Assembly: GCA_963801995.1 (NCBI GenBank)
Contig: CAWDGW010000017.1
Coordinates: forward strand, 27,690-91,689
DNA length: 64,000 nucleotides
Direction: 5' to 3'
Origin: an uncultured Holophagae bacterium
GTDB taxonomy: Bacteria; Acidobacteriota; Thermoanaerobaculia; Thermoanaerobaculales; Sulfomarinibacteraceae
Shown here piece by piece: positions 16,425 through 25,543 of the stretch. Each line of letters starts with the position of its first letter. The first letter of the stretch is position 1. Both the position numbers and the translations under genes were made by a program. The notes beneath the pieces are model-generated. The model was not told the origin of the DNA. It did no database searches and saw nothing but the letters and a program-made list of their open reading frames with translations.

Positions 16425-17975
16425 CTACCTCTCACCCTTGAGCTTGGCGAGCATCTCCGCGGCATTGCTGTTGCCGGGATTCAGTTCCAACGACCTCTCG
16501 TAGCTGACGATGGCGCGCTCGGTCTGGCCGTCGATCATGTAGACCTCGCCCTGGCTGTCATAGGTATTCGCGGATTCCGGATACTCCTCGACGTTCAGTT
16601 CGAACAGCTTGATCGCCGCCGCCAAGCGGTCTTCCTTGAGCATCTGGTAACCGAGGCTGTTGAGCTGGTCCTCGTCGAAGACGAAGCTGTTCCGCGCGGG
16701 GCTCGCCGCGATCCGCCGGTAGGCCGCGATGGCCTTGTCCACGCCATGCAGGTGGATGATGTCGTACATATAGACGCCGATCGCCGTCGGCTTCACGTCG
16801 TAGTAGGGGACGTAGCCTTCCCACTCCCAGGGCGTGCAGGTGTCGCCGATCGTTCTCTCCAGCAGGTCCTTGAAGATCTTCTCGCCATTGTCGCTGTTGG
16901 TCATGATGATGATCGACGTCCGGCGGTCGATGAAGTTGACGTTGTAGTTCTGCCAGCCGCTGCCGTGTCCCTCCTTGAAGAACGCCGCGCCGTGCCCGCA
17001 CGTGAAGAGGCCCCATCCGAGGCCGTAGGACAGCTCGATCGCATCGTACTTCTCGGTCGTCCCCGCCTGGAGGGTCGGGAACTGGCGTTCCGACGTGATC
17101 CTGATCGAGGGGGACAACATCGTGCGCCAGGTGTCCGCGTCCAGTCCTTGGCCGCCCATGACGGCCGCGACGAATCGCGCGTAGTCGGAGATGGTCGTGA
17201 GCAGGGAACCACCGGCGCTCGCGCGCGTCCACCGGATGGGTTCCAGCGGCCATTGGGTGATGTCGTGGCCGACGGCGAAGTCGCCCGTGAACCGGTCCTG
17301 CCAGACATAGCTGGTCCTGGTCATGCCCAGGGGCTCGAACACCCTACGGGCGGCGAGTTCCTCCACACCCGTGCCCGTGACCTTCTCCACCACGAACTGC
17401 AGCAGACTCACTCCCTCGCCCGAGTACGCGTATCTCGTTCCGGGTTCGAAGAAGATCTCGAGCTTGCCGTTGCCCCGCGGATTGACCGCCCGCAGGTTCG
17501 GGAATCCGGTCGTGTGGCTCAGGCAATGGCGTATGGTGAGCGATTTCCATTGATCATCGTCGGCGAGGTCCCGGTAGTCTTCATAGTCGGGCAGGGGCCG
17601 CTCGAGATAGGTGTGAAGCGGCCGGTCGAGTTCCAGGACGCCCTCCTGGACCAACTGCATCACCACGTAGGCGAAGACGGCCTTGCTGAACGAAGCCCCC
17701 AGCATCACGCTGTCGGTAGTGAGCGGCTCGTTCCGGCCTTTGTCACGATAACCGTAGGCCTTCAGGTGGGTCGGTTCGTTGTCGTTCAGTATGGCCAGGC
17801 AGAGTCCGGTGACACCGGCCGCATCCATCAACTCGTTCACGATGCGATCCACCTCGCTGGTGCCGATCGGGTCGTTGTCGAGCGTGCTGATATCGCCGGT
17901 CCCGGTGCAGGCGACGTTCATCGTGGCCACGAGCAGGGACATCGCGCCGAATGCCTTCATCTTGCTTGCCGTCAT
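16425..17975 (-). CDS. serine hydrolase of the beta-lactamase/PBP (class-C-like) family with C-terminal TPR repeats; lipoprotein
   Basis: ATG at 17975 after AAGGAG. Signal MTASKMKAFGAMSLLVATMNVAC. The SxxK motif is in GASFSKAVFAYV and a YxS/N-like motif in RYAYSGEG. The TPR-like tail is YDSQGEVYMIDGQTERAIVSYERSLELNPGN. Confidence 0.8.
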   Translation of the reverse strand: MTASKMKAFGAMSLLVATMNVACTGTGDISTLDNDPIGTSEVDRIVNELMDAAGVTGLCLAILNDNEPTHLKAYGYRDKGRNEPLTTDSVMLGASFSKAVFAYVVMQLVQEGVLELDRPLHTYLERPLPDYEDYRDLADDDQWKSLTIRHCLSHTTGFPNLRAVNPRGNGKLEIFFEPGTRYAYSGEGVSLLQFVVEKVTGTGVEELAARRVFEPLGMTRTSYVWQDRFTGDFAVGHDITQWPLEPIRWTRASAGGSLLTTISDYARFVAAVMGGQGLDADTWRTMLSPSIRITSERQFPTLQAGTTEKYDAIELSYGLGWGLFTCGHGAAFFKEGHGSGWQNYNVNFIDRRTSIIIMTNSDNGEKIFKDLLERTIGDTCTPWEWEGYVPYYDVKPTAIGVYMYDIIHLHGVDKAIAAYRRIAASPARNSFVFDEDQLNSLGYQMLKEDRLAAAIKLFELNVEEYPESANTYDSQGEVYMIDGQTERAIVSYERSLELNPGNSNAAEMLAKLKGER

Positions 17976-18297
17976 GTCGACCACTCCTTCGCCCCGCATG
18001 TTGAGGGCTGGTGCTGCGCCCCAGAAATAGCGGTACAGTCTTTTCTCATTGCACTCACTACGGTGCCGCGTTCCGCATTGTTGCATTGTCGTCGAGGGGG
18101 CGTGAGATTGAGCGGTCGGGATTGGCACCAGGGACACATTTGGACGATTTTTCAATGATGCGCCTGGTACGAATTCAGGTGAGGGCCCGGCACCTCTATT
18201 CAACGGAGAGAGTGGACGGCGAACAGGGGTTTGACTTTTCCTTCGAGGACGTCTATTCCTTATCTGTTGGATGACCGTTTCCGTCAAGGAGGAGTGG

Positions 18298-20092
18298 ATG
18301 AAACCGGTAGCTCTCGCACTTTGCGTACTGATGTTGACCCTTTTCGCCGCTGCCGATGCCCAGGCAGCTTATGTTGTGGGAGACCCAATCGCCGATTTCA
18401 CGTTGAATGACGCTTTTGGCACGCCGGTCTCGCTGAGCGACTTCGAAAACAAGGTGATCTGGCTGGATTTCTGGGCCGACTGGTGAAGCTTCTGTGGTGC
18501 GGAGGCTCCGCACGTACAGGAAATCTGGGAAACCTATCGTGATCGAGGGCTCATGGTGCTCAGCATCGGGGACAATATGACGCAGGCCAAATGCCAGGCG
18601 TGGATAGCCACTCTACGGCATGACCCATCCGGTGCTGGCCGACCCAGGCAGCGTCGTCAGTGATTTGTTCGGCAGCGCTCTGCCGCACAACTCCATCATC
18701 GACGGTGAGATGATCCTGCAGTACACCGCAGCTGGGTTCTACCACACAGCAGTCATCAACAAGATTGAGGAACTGCTGGACGAGCTGCTCTGGATCGATC
18801 ACGTCCCGGTGTTCGACTCGGAAGACGACGTGAATCCCTACTCAACCCACTGCTCGATCACATCGGAGTACCCGCTGATCCCCGATGATCTGATGCTGCA
18901 CTGGAACCTGGACGGCGGTGGGACCTTCAACGATGTGATCCTGACGGCTCTCGGCGGCGACGAGTACACCGCCGAGATTCCTGCTCAACCCTATGGAACA
19001 ACGGTGTATTACTACCTTTCCTCCGCCGATACGGGTGGCCGAACGATCACCGATCCCTCCGACGCCCCCGCCGAGCTGCACAGCTTCTATGTGGGAGAAG
19101 ACACGACACCGCCGGAGATCGATCATGAGCCACTGACGGATCGGTCCCTGTACATGTGGCCGTCCACGGTCAGTGCCACGGTCACAGATAATCTGGGCAA
19201 CGACAACACGGTCACCCTCGAGTTCATGATCAACGGGGGACCGGTTGAGTCGGTTCCAATGACAGGCATCACGGTTGTGTACGAAGCAGATTTCTTCGGC
19301 ACCTTGTTCGACGGTGACACTGTCGAGTATCGGATCATCGCCGTTGATGCTTCCGCCGCGGCGCACACGACCACCGATCCCGAATCGGGTTACCACTCCT
19401 TTTCTGTCGTCGAGGCGACTCCGGTGTTCATCTTCGAGCCTGGCGGGGCGCCGCTGAGCGGAGCCGCCATTGCTCAAGAGCTGGATGCGTTGGGCGTTGT
19501 CTACGACATGGAGACCACGGTGCCGGACAACTGCCTCCTGTACCGCTCCATATTCATGTGCCTGGGAGTTTACTCAAGCAATCATCAGCTCACGGCGGCC
19601 GAGGGACAGGTGCTGGCCGAGTTTCTTGACAACGGCGGCGGGCTGTACATGGAGGGCGGAGACACGTGGGCCTACGATCCCACCACGGCTGTGCACCCGT
19701 ACTTCAATATCAACGGCCTGGCCGACGGTACCGGCGACGCCGGGCCCATCCAGGGAACGGTCGGGACCTTTACCGAAGGGATGTACTTCACCTATGGGGG
19801 GGCGGGGACCAACAGCTATATCGATCACATCGCGCCCATGGGCGGTGCCCAAGCGATCTTCCTGAATGTCGCGCCGGCGTACATCAACGGGGTCGCCTAT
19901 GACGGGGGCACCTATCGCACCGTTGGAACGAGCTTCAAATTCGCGGGCCTGCAGGACGGGCCCGAGCCGAGCACCAAGAACGAGCTACTTGTGAAGATCC
20001 TCGAGTTCTTCGAAATGAACCCACGCGGCATTCTGCTCGAGGACGGCTTCGAGTCGGGCGACACGTCGGCGTGGAGCTCTACAGTGCCCTGA
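18298..20092 (+). CDS. secreted TlpA/ResA-like thioredoxin-fold domain (in-frame UGA in WUSFC) fused to a ~450-aa domain; ends in the DGFESGDTSAWS tail; one frameshift near 18613
   Basis: AAGGAGG precedes the ATG at 18298, followed by signal MKPVALALCVLMLTLFAAADAQA. The sequence reads VIWLDFWADW-TGA(18484..18486)-SFCGAEAP and continues in frame. The Trx fold resumes in track ORF 18620.. (YGMTHPVLADPGSVVSDLFG...PHNSIIDGEMIL) after a 1-nt shift. The C-terminus is LLEDGFESGDTSAWSSTVP-stop. Confidence 0.65.
18497..18513 (+). promoter_or_regulatory. candidate bacterial SECIS hairpin
   Basis: gtgcgga GGC tccgcac forms a perfect 7-bp stem. The loop G residues lie 20 nt after the U of the in-frame UGA. 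Flanking tgt/aca could extend the stem. Confidence 0.5.
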
Positions 20093-20167
20093 TCGGATCT
20101 CCGGGAGTGGGTGAGGGGGGATCCACAAATTGGTACCGGTGACACATCCGGACAGTCAGAACATCAT

Positions 20168-20201
20168 GTACCTGGTACGACTTCGTACCAGGTACTTTTT
20201 T
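20168..20201 (+). terminator. rho-independent terminator
   Basis: gtacctggtacg actt cgtaccaggtac forms a 12-bp stem followed by tttttt. It lies 75 nt after the stop at 20092. Confidence 0.8.
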
Positions 20202-20392
20202 GCGACGTTGTGTAGGCACCGATCATCGACGCCGGAGTTGAGACGGTGTCATCAGCGCCACCTTCAGAATGTACAGGGGTCGTCGGCAGGGTTATAGTGG
20301 ATCCCAGAATGATCTCAGATGAAGCCGGAGCCGCAGCTCGACTCTGCAGGGCCAACGGCCGAGACTTCGCCGACTTGCGGAAGGAGTGAATC

Positions 20393-22825
20393 ATGCGTCC
20401 ATCCATCTTGAAGCTGAGTCTATTGATTCTGGCCGTGGCGGTCGCGGCCCCCGTCGCGAACGCCGATGATCCGCCGGTCACCACCACGCGCGACGCCCAG
20501 GGCGTCTGGTTCATCGAGGGCGGCTCGCTCTACGATGTCTTTGAGGCCCAGGGCTACGCTGTAGCGACGGACCGACTGTTTCAGTTGGATTTCAACCGGC
20601 GTCAGAGCGCCGGCACCCTTTCTGAAGCTCTTGGTCCCGACTACGTTGAAACCGACTACTTCCTCCGCACGATTGGCTACTCGGACGACGAGTTGGCGGC
20701 GCAGTTCGACACGTTCTCTGAAGACGGTCAGACGGCAATCCTGGCCTACGTGGACGGCATCAACAGGCGCATCGCCGAGATTCAGAGCGATTGGCATTTG
20801 ATGCCCTACGAGTACTGGATCGCCAGCTTCTACTATTTCTTCATGGAGGATCTGGGCTTCAACTTCCTGCCGGAACCCTATACGGTGAACGATGTCCTGC
20901 GCTGGACGATGATATTCCTACGGAACATTGATCCCGAGGGGATGCCCAACTCAAGAAACGGACAGACCGGCAATCTCGAGTTGTATATGACGTGGGCGGC
21001 GGTCTACCCGTCCGATTTCCAGGCGATGTTTTCAGACGTGCGCTGGCTCAACGACCCGTCGGCTCAGACCATGATCCCGCCTGAGGGCGAACCGGCGCCC
21101 GTCGACGCGCCTCAGCTGCCGATATTTCCCGGCGATTGGCTCCCCGAAGTGAGTGAGGCCACCAGGGAAATCCAGTCCCTGGTCGACACCTACAGACAGC
21201 AAATGAAGGATCTCGGAATCCTGCCCAAGATGGGGAGCTACGCCTGGGCCATCTCGGGCGAAAAGACAGCCTCCGGCAACCCCATGGTCTACTCGGGTCC
21301 GCAGATGGGGTTTGAGGTGCCGTCCGTCATTTGCGAGGGCTCTCTCCGCGGTGGCGGGCTCGAGGTCTCCGGCATGCACGTGCCGGGGATTCCCGGCATC
21401 GCCATCGGGCGCACGCCGCACCACGCGTGGTCGATGCAGGTGGGTCATGCCCACACGGCCGATTTCTTCTTCGACCCGCCGCAGGCCGTCTTCCTCCATC
21501 GGTGGGAGACCATCGACATCGCGGGAGCGGAGTCCGTAACCGTCCCGATATTTCACACCTCGCACGGGCCGGTCATCCGCCCGCTGCCGTTTGATCCGGG
21601 CAATCCGCCCGAGTTCGTCGTCTCCTGGGCCTACGCGAACCGAAACCATGAGCTCAAGATGGCGCAGCTGCTGATCGAGGGCGCCAAAGCCCAGAGCATC
21701 GAGGACTTCGACGCTGCGATGGAGCAGGGCGGTGTCAGCCAACACACCTGTTACGCCGACAGAGACGGCAACATCGCCTACTGGATGACGGGTTGGGATC
21801 CGATTCGCGCACCGGGCGTCGACCCGCGGTTCCCGCAGATCGGCAACGGAACCCAGGAGTGGACCGGAGAACGCCGTCCGCGCGCCCACGACTCGAACAC
21901 CGCCCAGGGCTACTACGGCGGCTGGAACAACAAGGCGCAGCTCGACTACGGCAGCGCGCCCAACAGCCAATATTACGGACCGGCCCACCGTGCACAAGTC
22001 GTCGAGGATTACCTGTCAACTCATGACGATCTGACCTTCGAGGAAGTCCGCGACCTCGCCCTCGACATTGCCACCACCAAGTCATTCATGGGCGGTGGCA
22101 ACACGTGGGCATTCGTGGCCGACGACTTCACGGCGGCGGTGGCGGCCGACCCGACGGACGACCGCAATGCGGCCATCGCCATGCTCGACGCCTGGGACGG
22201 GCACTTCGTCGCGGGTGGTCCGGCCGCCTGGCGCTTCGGGCCCGACGCCGCCGACGCCTGGGTCCTGCAGGACGCGTGGATCGATGAGGTCCTGCGATTG
22301 ACCTTCGAGGACGAGTTCGCCGGCTCGGGGTTTGACTGGACCCAACAGCCGAAATCCATTCTCTTCAACGTTCTGATCCGCGCCCTCCAGGGCTTCGATG
22401 CGCAGCTGCCCACCTTGTACGACTGGTTCCAGGACACGCTGGGCTCCGGCAAACCGACCGACAGTGACGGCATCATCCTGCTGGCTCTGGACAACGTCAT
22501 CGCGAGCATGGGACTTGGTCCTTATGGCCATGAGCGCGGTGTGATCACGTTCGGCCACAAGGTCCTCGCCGGGCTCCTCGACCCGATCCTCGGCAGCAAC
22601 TTCGGCGAGCTGCACACGATCCCGTACTCAAGCCGTTCCACCTATGCCCATGTCGTGGAGTTTGGGGAGACCGGCCCGGTGCGCATCGAGAGCATGTTCC
22701 CGCTCGGCGAATCCGGCCAGCTCTGGTTCAACGGGACCTTCATGCCGGACCTCGACGCCAACTTCGTGACGATGGCGCCGGCGTACGATCCCTTCATGCC
22801 GCGCCCATTCCCGTTGTTCGACTAA
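20393..22825 (+). CDS. penicillin acylase (S45, Ntn-hydrolase) family protein, AHL/penicillin-amidase-like
   Basis: 810 aa with signal MRPSILKLSLLILAVAVAAPVANA. Family patterns are DRLFQLDFNRR and the processing-site-like PKMGSYAWAISGEKTASGNPMVYSGPQMG. Confidence 0.85.
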   Translation: MRPSILKLSLLILAVAVAAPVANADDPPVTTTRDAQGVWFIEGGSLYDVFEAQGYAVATDRLFQLDFNRRQSAGTLSEALGPDYVETDYFLRTIGYSDDELAAQFDTFSEDGQTAILAYVDGINRRIAEIQSDWHLMPYEYWIASFYYFFMEDLGFNFLPEPYTVNDVLRWTMIFLRNIDPEGMPNSRNGQTGNLELYMTWAAVYPSDFQAMFSDVRWLNDPSAQTMIPPEGEPAPVDAPQLPIFPGDWLPEVSEATREIQSLVDTYRQQMKDLGILPKMGSYAWAISGEKTASGNPMVYSGPQMGFEVPSVICEGSLRGGGLEVSGMHVPGIPGIAIGRTPHHAWSMQVGHAHTADFFFDPPQAVFLHRWETIDIAGAESVTVPIFHTSHGPVIRPLPFDPGNPPEFVVSWAYANRNHELKMAQLLIEGAKAQSIEDFDAAMEQGGVSQHTCYADRDGNIAYWMTGWDPIRAPGVDPRFPQIGNGTQEWTGERRPRAHDSNTAQGYYGGWNNKAQLDYGSAPNSQYYGPAHRAQVVEDYLSTHDDLTFEEVRDLALDIATTKSFMGGGNTWAFVADDFTAAVAADPTDDRNAAIAMLDAWDGHFVAGGPAAWRFGPDAADAWVLQDAWIDEVLRLTFEDEFAGSGFDWTQQPKSILFNVLIRALQGFDAQLPTLYDWFQDTLGSGKPTDSDGIILLALDNVIASMGLGPYGHERGVITFGHKVLAGLLDPILGSNFGELHTIPYSSRSTYAHVVEFGETGPVRIESMFPLGESGQLWFNGTFMPDLDANFVTMAPAYDPFMPRPFPLFD

Positions 22826-22850
22826 AACGCGGCCTTCATCATCAACCCCG

Positions 22851-22876
22851 CCCCGCTCTTCGGAGCGGGGCTTTTT
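22851..22876 (+). terminator. rho-independent terminator
   Basis: ccccgctc ttcg gagcgggg forms an 8-bp stem with a UUCG loop, followed by cttttt. It lies 26 nt after the stop at 22825. Confidence 0.8.
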
Positions 22877-23156
22877 GAATTGGAACCGGGTACGCATCCG
22901 GACAGTGATTCAATCGTGCACCTGGCAACCATCAAGCCGCCCCGCGAGAACAAGGTGGACCACAGACAACACTACGGGATCGTGACGCTCCAATCCGACG
23001 TGTGGCTGATATCGACCGATGTGAGATCTCGTGTGATCCCCATCGCCCCCGGTGATTCCACTCCGAAATCTTCCAGGCCTGAAGCCGGCGGCTGCTTCGG
23101 CGCCGCCCGGGCACGGTCCGAGCGCCTCCTCGCCCTGGGCCTCGAGTCAGCTGCGG

Positions 23157-24008
23157 CTACTCGATGCCGAAGGTCTGCAAGTCCACCGGCACGATGCACT
23201 GGTCCGGGACGCCGCCTGACTGAGCGGTGGGCGGCGCGAACACCACCGCTAGACCGGGAGCGAGCGACGCGGTGTTGCACGAGTATTGCAGCGCCCAATC
23301 CGGCGGAGAGACATCGGTGCCCTGAATGCCGATTGTGGAGGAGGCTCCGTTGCTCTGAGCTGCGTCGTCGTTGGCCGGCTGAGCATACTGGAGGATGACC
23401 GTGCCATCGGCGAACAGCACCACCTCGAACTCCATGTCGTCGTCAGTGCTGCCGAAATCCGAAATGTTGTGGAACTGGATCACCGTGCACTGAGAGCCGC
23501 CGGCGCCGACCGGGCAGGTGGCGAAGGTCTCGTAGTAGACGTCGCCGTTGGCCTGGACCTCGAGGTCGTCGTGGTAGGCCGCGATAAAGGTGTTGACACC
23601 GTACGAGCCCTGGGTCGCCGGCAGCGGGCAGACGTTGCCGAGGCCGAGGTAGACGTCAATGAAGTGCACGACCCCATTGCTGCCGACGTAGAATTCGGTG
23701 AGTGGCGTCCCATAGAAGTCAAAGCTGAATCCAACCGGGAACGGACCTTCGTGGCCGTCGTCCACCCCCGCCAGCGCCGCGGCGGTGCCCGTGGCGGTGA
23801 TGTCCACGTAGCTGTAGGTCCCCATGCACGGGGTCTCAGCGGTGTCCATGAACACGTAGCCGTAGTCGTCGGGGCCGCCGACGGCGCGAACCTCTCCGCC
23901 CTGATTCGACGGTCCCGGGCTGTTCGTCTTATCCTCGATTTCAGCGGCGAGCGGCAGTGCCATCACCGCGACCATGACGCCGACCAGGCACACAATGCGT
24001 GAGTTCAT
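23157..24008 (-). CDS. secreted hypothetical protein ending in VPVDLQTFGIE
   Basis: Signal MNSRIVCLVGVMVAVMALPLAA. 283 aa with no catalytic motif seen. The C-terminus is CIVPVDLQTFGIE-stop. Confidence 0.55.
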   Translation of the reverse strand: MNSRIVCLVGVMVAVMALPLAAEIEDKTNSPGPSNQGGEVRAVGGPDDYGYVFMDTAETPCMGTYSYVDITATGTAAALAGVDDGHEGPFPVGFSFDFYGTPLTEFYVGSNGVVHFIDVYLGLGNVCPLPATQGSYGVNTFIAAYHDDLEVQANGDVYYETFATCPVGAGGSQCTVIQFHNISDFGSTDDDMEFEVVLFADGTVILQYAQPANDDAAQSNGASSTIGIQGTDVSPPDWALQYSCNTASLAPGLAVVFAPPTAQSGGVPDQCIVPVDLQTFGIE

Positions 24009-24139
24009 GAGCGGGTCTCCCTCCGTTCTTGGTGGGTCGATTTTACCACCGCCGGGCGGGTGCTGGAATGTGAGGACTGGTTGCGCAGATCTTGGTCAGC
24101 TCCATCACGAAAAAAACGCTGGCCGGCGAGGTCCGGCGC

Positions 24140-24452
24140 AGATTCTCGGTGACGGCCTTCGAGGTGGCGGAGGATCGTCAGACGAAGCCACAGCGTCTGG
24201 AGCGTCCACTCCGCGGTGATCTCAACAATCGTGGGCATGGCTCTTCGCCAGGAACCGGAGCGAAGATACGCCTCGGCCGAACTCGGAAGCGAAGCCGCCA
24301 TCAACCTGGCTCGGGACCCCTGCCGGCTTCTGACCACATACAATCTCGCCGCGAACGAAGCACGAGACGCGGGACGCGACGCGTACCTCTTCGATGCCGA
24401 GCTCGCTCAACGCCTCGAGGCGTTCGAGTCTCGCGCCGAGCCGCAGGGATGA
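24140..24452 (+). pseudogene. remnant of the C-lobe end of a Ser/Thr protein kinase
   Basis: ...KPQRLERPLRGDLNN (one frame) followed by IVGMALRQEPERRYASAELGSEA (track ORF 24216..24452) matches the kinase subdomain XI pattern (L..iv.kaLakdPe.RY.sa.el). No N-lobe or catalytic loop lies upstream. Confidence 0.35.
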
Positions 24453-24586
24453 CCTGAAACCAGCATCGTCGCCATTGGTGACGGGTACCAGGCGCGAGGA
24501 TCTTCGAGCTTCGCAGTCACCCACCGAAATCACTGTTGTCAGTGTGAGCGCAAACACGACGGTGAGTGTGTTTGCTTTTCCTGCGC

Positions 24587-25540
24587 TCAAGGTTTGGCCG
24601 GTGACTCCAAATCGGGTGGGCTCTTCCAATTGCCGGAGTCATGTGACGTGGCGGCAGTAGAGCGCGCGCGGCACCACCGGGGTTCTCCGCACTCGTGAAA
24701 GGCAGCCACCTCGGCCCCCCAGAACCCGAGTTTGAAGCAGGCGCGTCCCACCATGACAATTTGCTGGGCGATCATCAACGCCGCGATGGTGATCGCGGTG
24801 GATGGGGTCCAAGGTGCCCGAAGGGCCGTGTAGACGGCGTGCAAAGCCAACGGCAACAGCAAGAACACCAGGTACAGCGGCACGAACAGTCCGGGTTTCC
24901 GAATCACGGCCCACCAGGCTCGGAAGAAGCCCCGGACCATGGACCGTTCGTCGTGGCGTGCGGCCGAAATGCGCGAAAGATCTGCGGCGAGGTCGAGGGG
25001 CGCCCACAGGACGATGAACAGGACGCCGGCCAGGGTCAAACCGAGAAGATCAATCCGTCCATCCGCTCGTGCTTCGGCAATCCGGAAGAACCCCTTGGCC
25101 AGCAGTCTGCAGCCGATCAGGACGACTGCGGTCGACACCAGCAGCGTGCCCGTGGTGCGCAGGAACCGCAGAAAATTCCTCCGAACACCGAGGACAAAGG
25201 GATGTTCGGACCGACGCCCGATCAGGGTCTCCACAACCCCTGCTGATATCGCCACCTGAAGCAACAATGTCAGGACGGCCATGACGGCGACGCCAACCGA
25301 GACGATCGGCCCGAGTGCAAAGGCGCGGGAAGAACGAAACTCCGACCAGACGACGAACCATCCGCCGTCAAGAGCATAGTCGGCGAAGAGCGATCGCCCG
25401 AGATTGGGGGCGAGGTTTGCCGCCGCCATGGCGCCCAATGCCAGAGCGGGGACCAGGGGAACCAACCAGAGCACGAGGACGAGGCGCTTGTGGCTGCCGG
25501 CGATACTCAACCCCTCACGTACGAGCTTCATGGCTCCCAT
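24587..25540 (-). CDS. polytopic membrane protein of unknown function
   Basis: 317 aa with about 7 hydrophobic segments. It starts 3 nt after the stop of the M1 peptidase gene, so it is probably co-transcribed. Confidence 0.6.
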   Translation of the reverse strand: MGAMKLVREGLSIAGSHKRLVLVLWLVPLVPALALGAMAAANLAPNLGRSLFADYALDGGWFVVWSEFRSSRAFALGPIVSVGVAVMAVLTLLLQVAISAGVVETLIGRRSEHPFVLGVRRNFLRFLRTTGTLLVSTAVVLIGCRLLAKGFFRIAEARADGRIDLLGLTLAGVLFIVLWAPLDLAADLSRISAARHDERSMVRGFFRAWWAVIRKPGLFVPLYLVFLLLPLALHAVYTALRAPWTPSTAITIAALMIAQQIVMVGRACFKLGFWGAEVAAFHECGEPRWCRARSTAATSHDSGNWKSPPDLESPAKP

Positions 25541-25543
25541 CGC

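Noticed and set aside
16392-18158. 588-aa ORF antisense to the serine-hydrolase gene. Similar long antisense ORFs lie at 26345..27727, 30318..31637, 32706..34721, 36565..38097, 46133..47200, 49099..50523 and 54270..55703.
   Set aside because: Each is the mirror frame of a gene with clear family motifs. Their translations are Arg/Gly/Pro/Asp-rich low-complexity sequence without motifs. Long stop-free antisense frames are expected in high-GC DNA.
18484-18486. The in-frame TGA codons (18484..18486 and 48163..48165) read as ordinary stops or nonsense mutations
   Set aside because: Both fall exactly on the first Cys of a CxxC redox motif and split a single thioredoxin fold. The frame continues open in each case, and each is followed by a GGC-loop hairpin at SECIS-compatible distance. 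Selenocysteine is the more economical explanation, though it is unproven without the sel genes.
22880-23156. ORFs 22880..23398 and 22972..23298 in the gap after the acylase gene
   Set aside because: They are Arg/Pro-rich, overlap the 3' end of the 23157..24008 gene in antisense, and have no RBS or motif. I treated this stretch as non-coding spacer carrying the 47-bp repeat.
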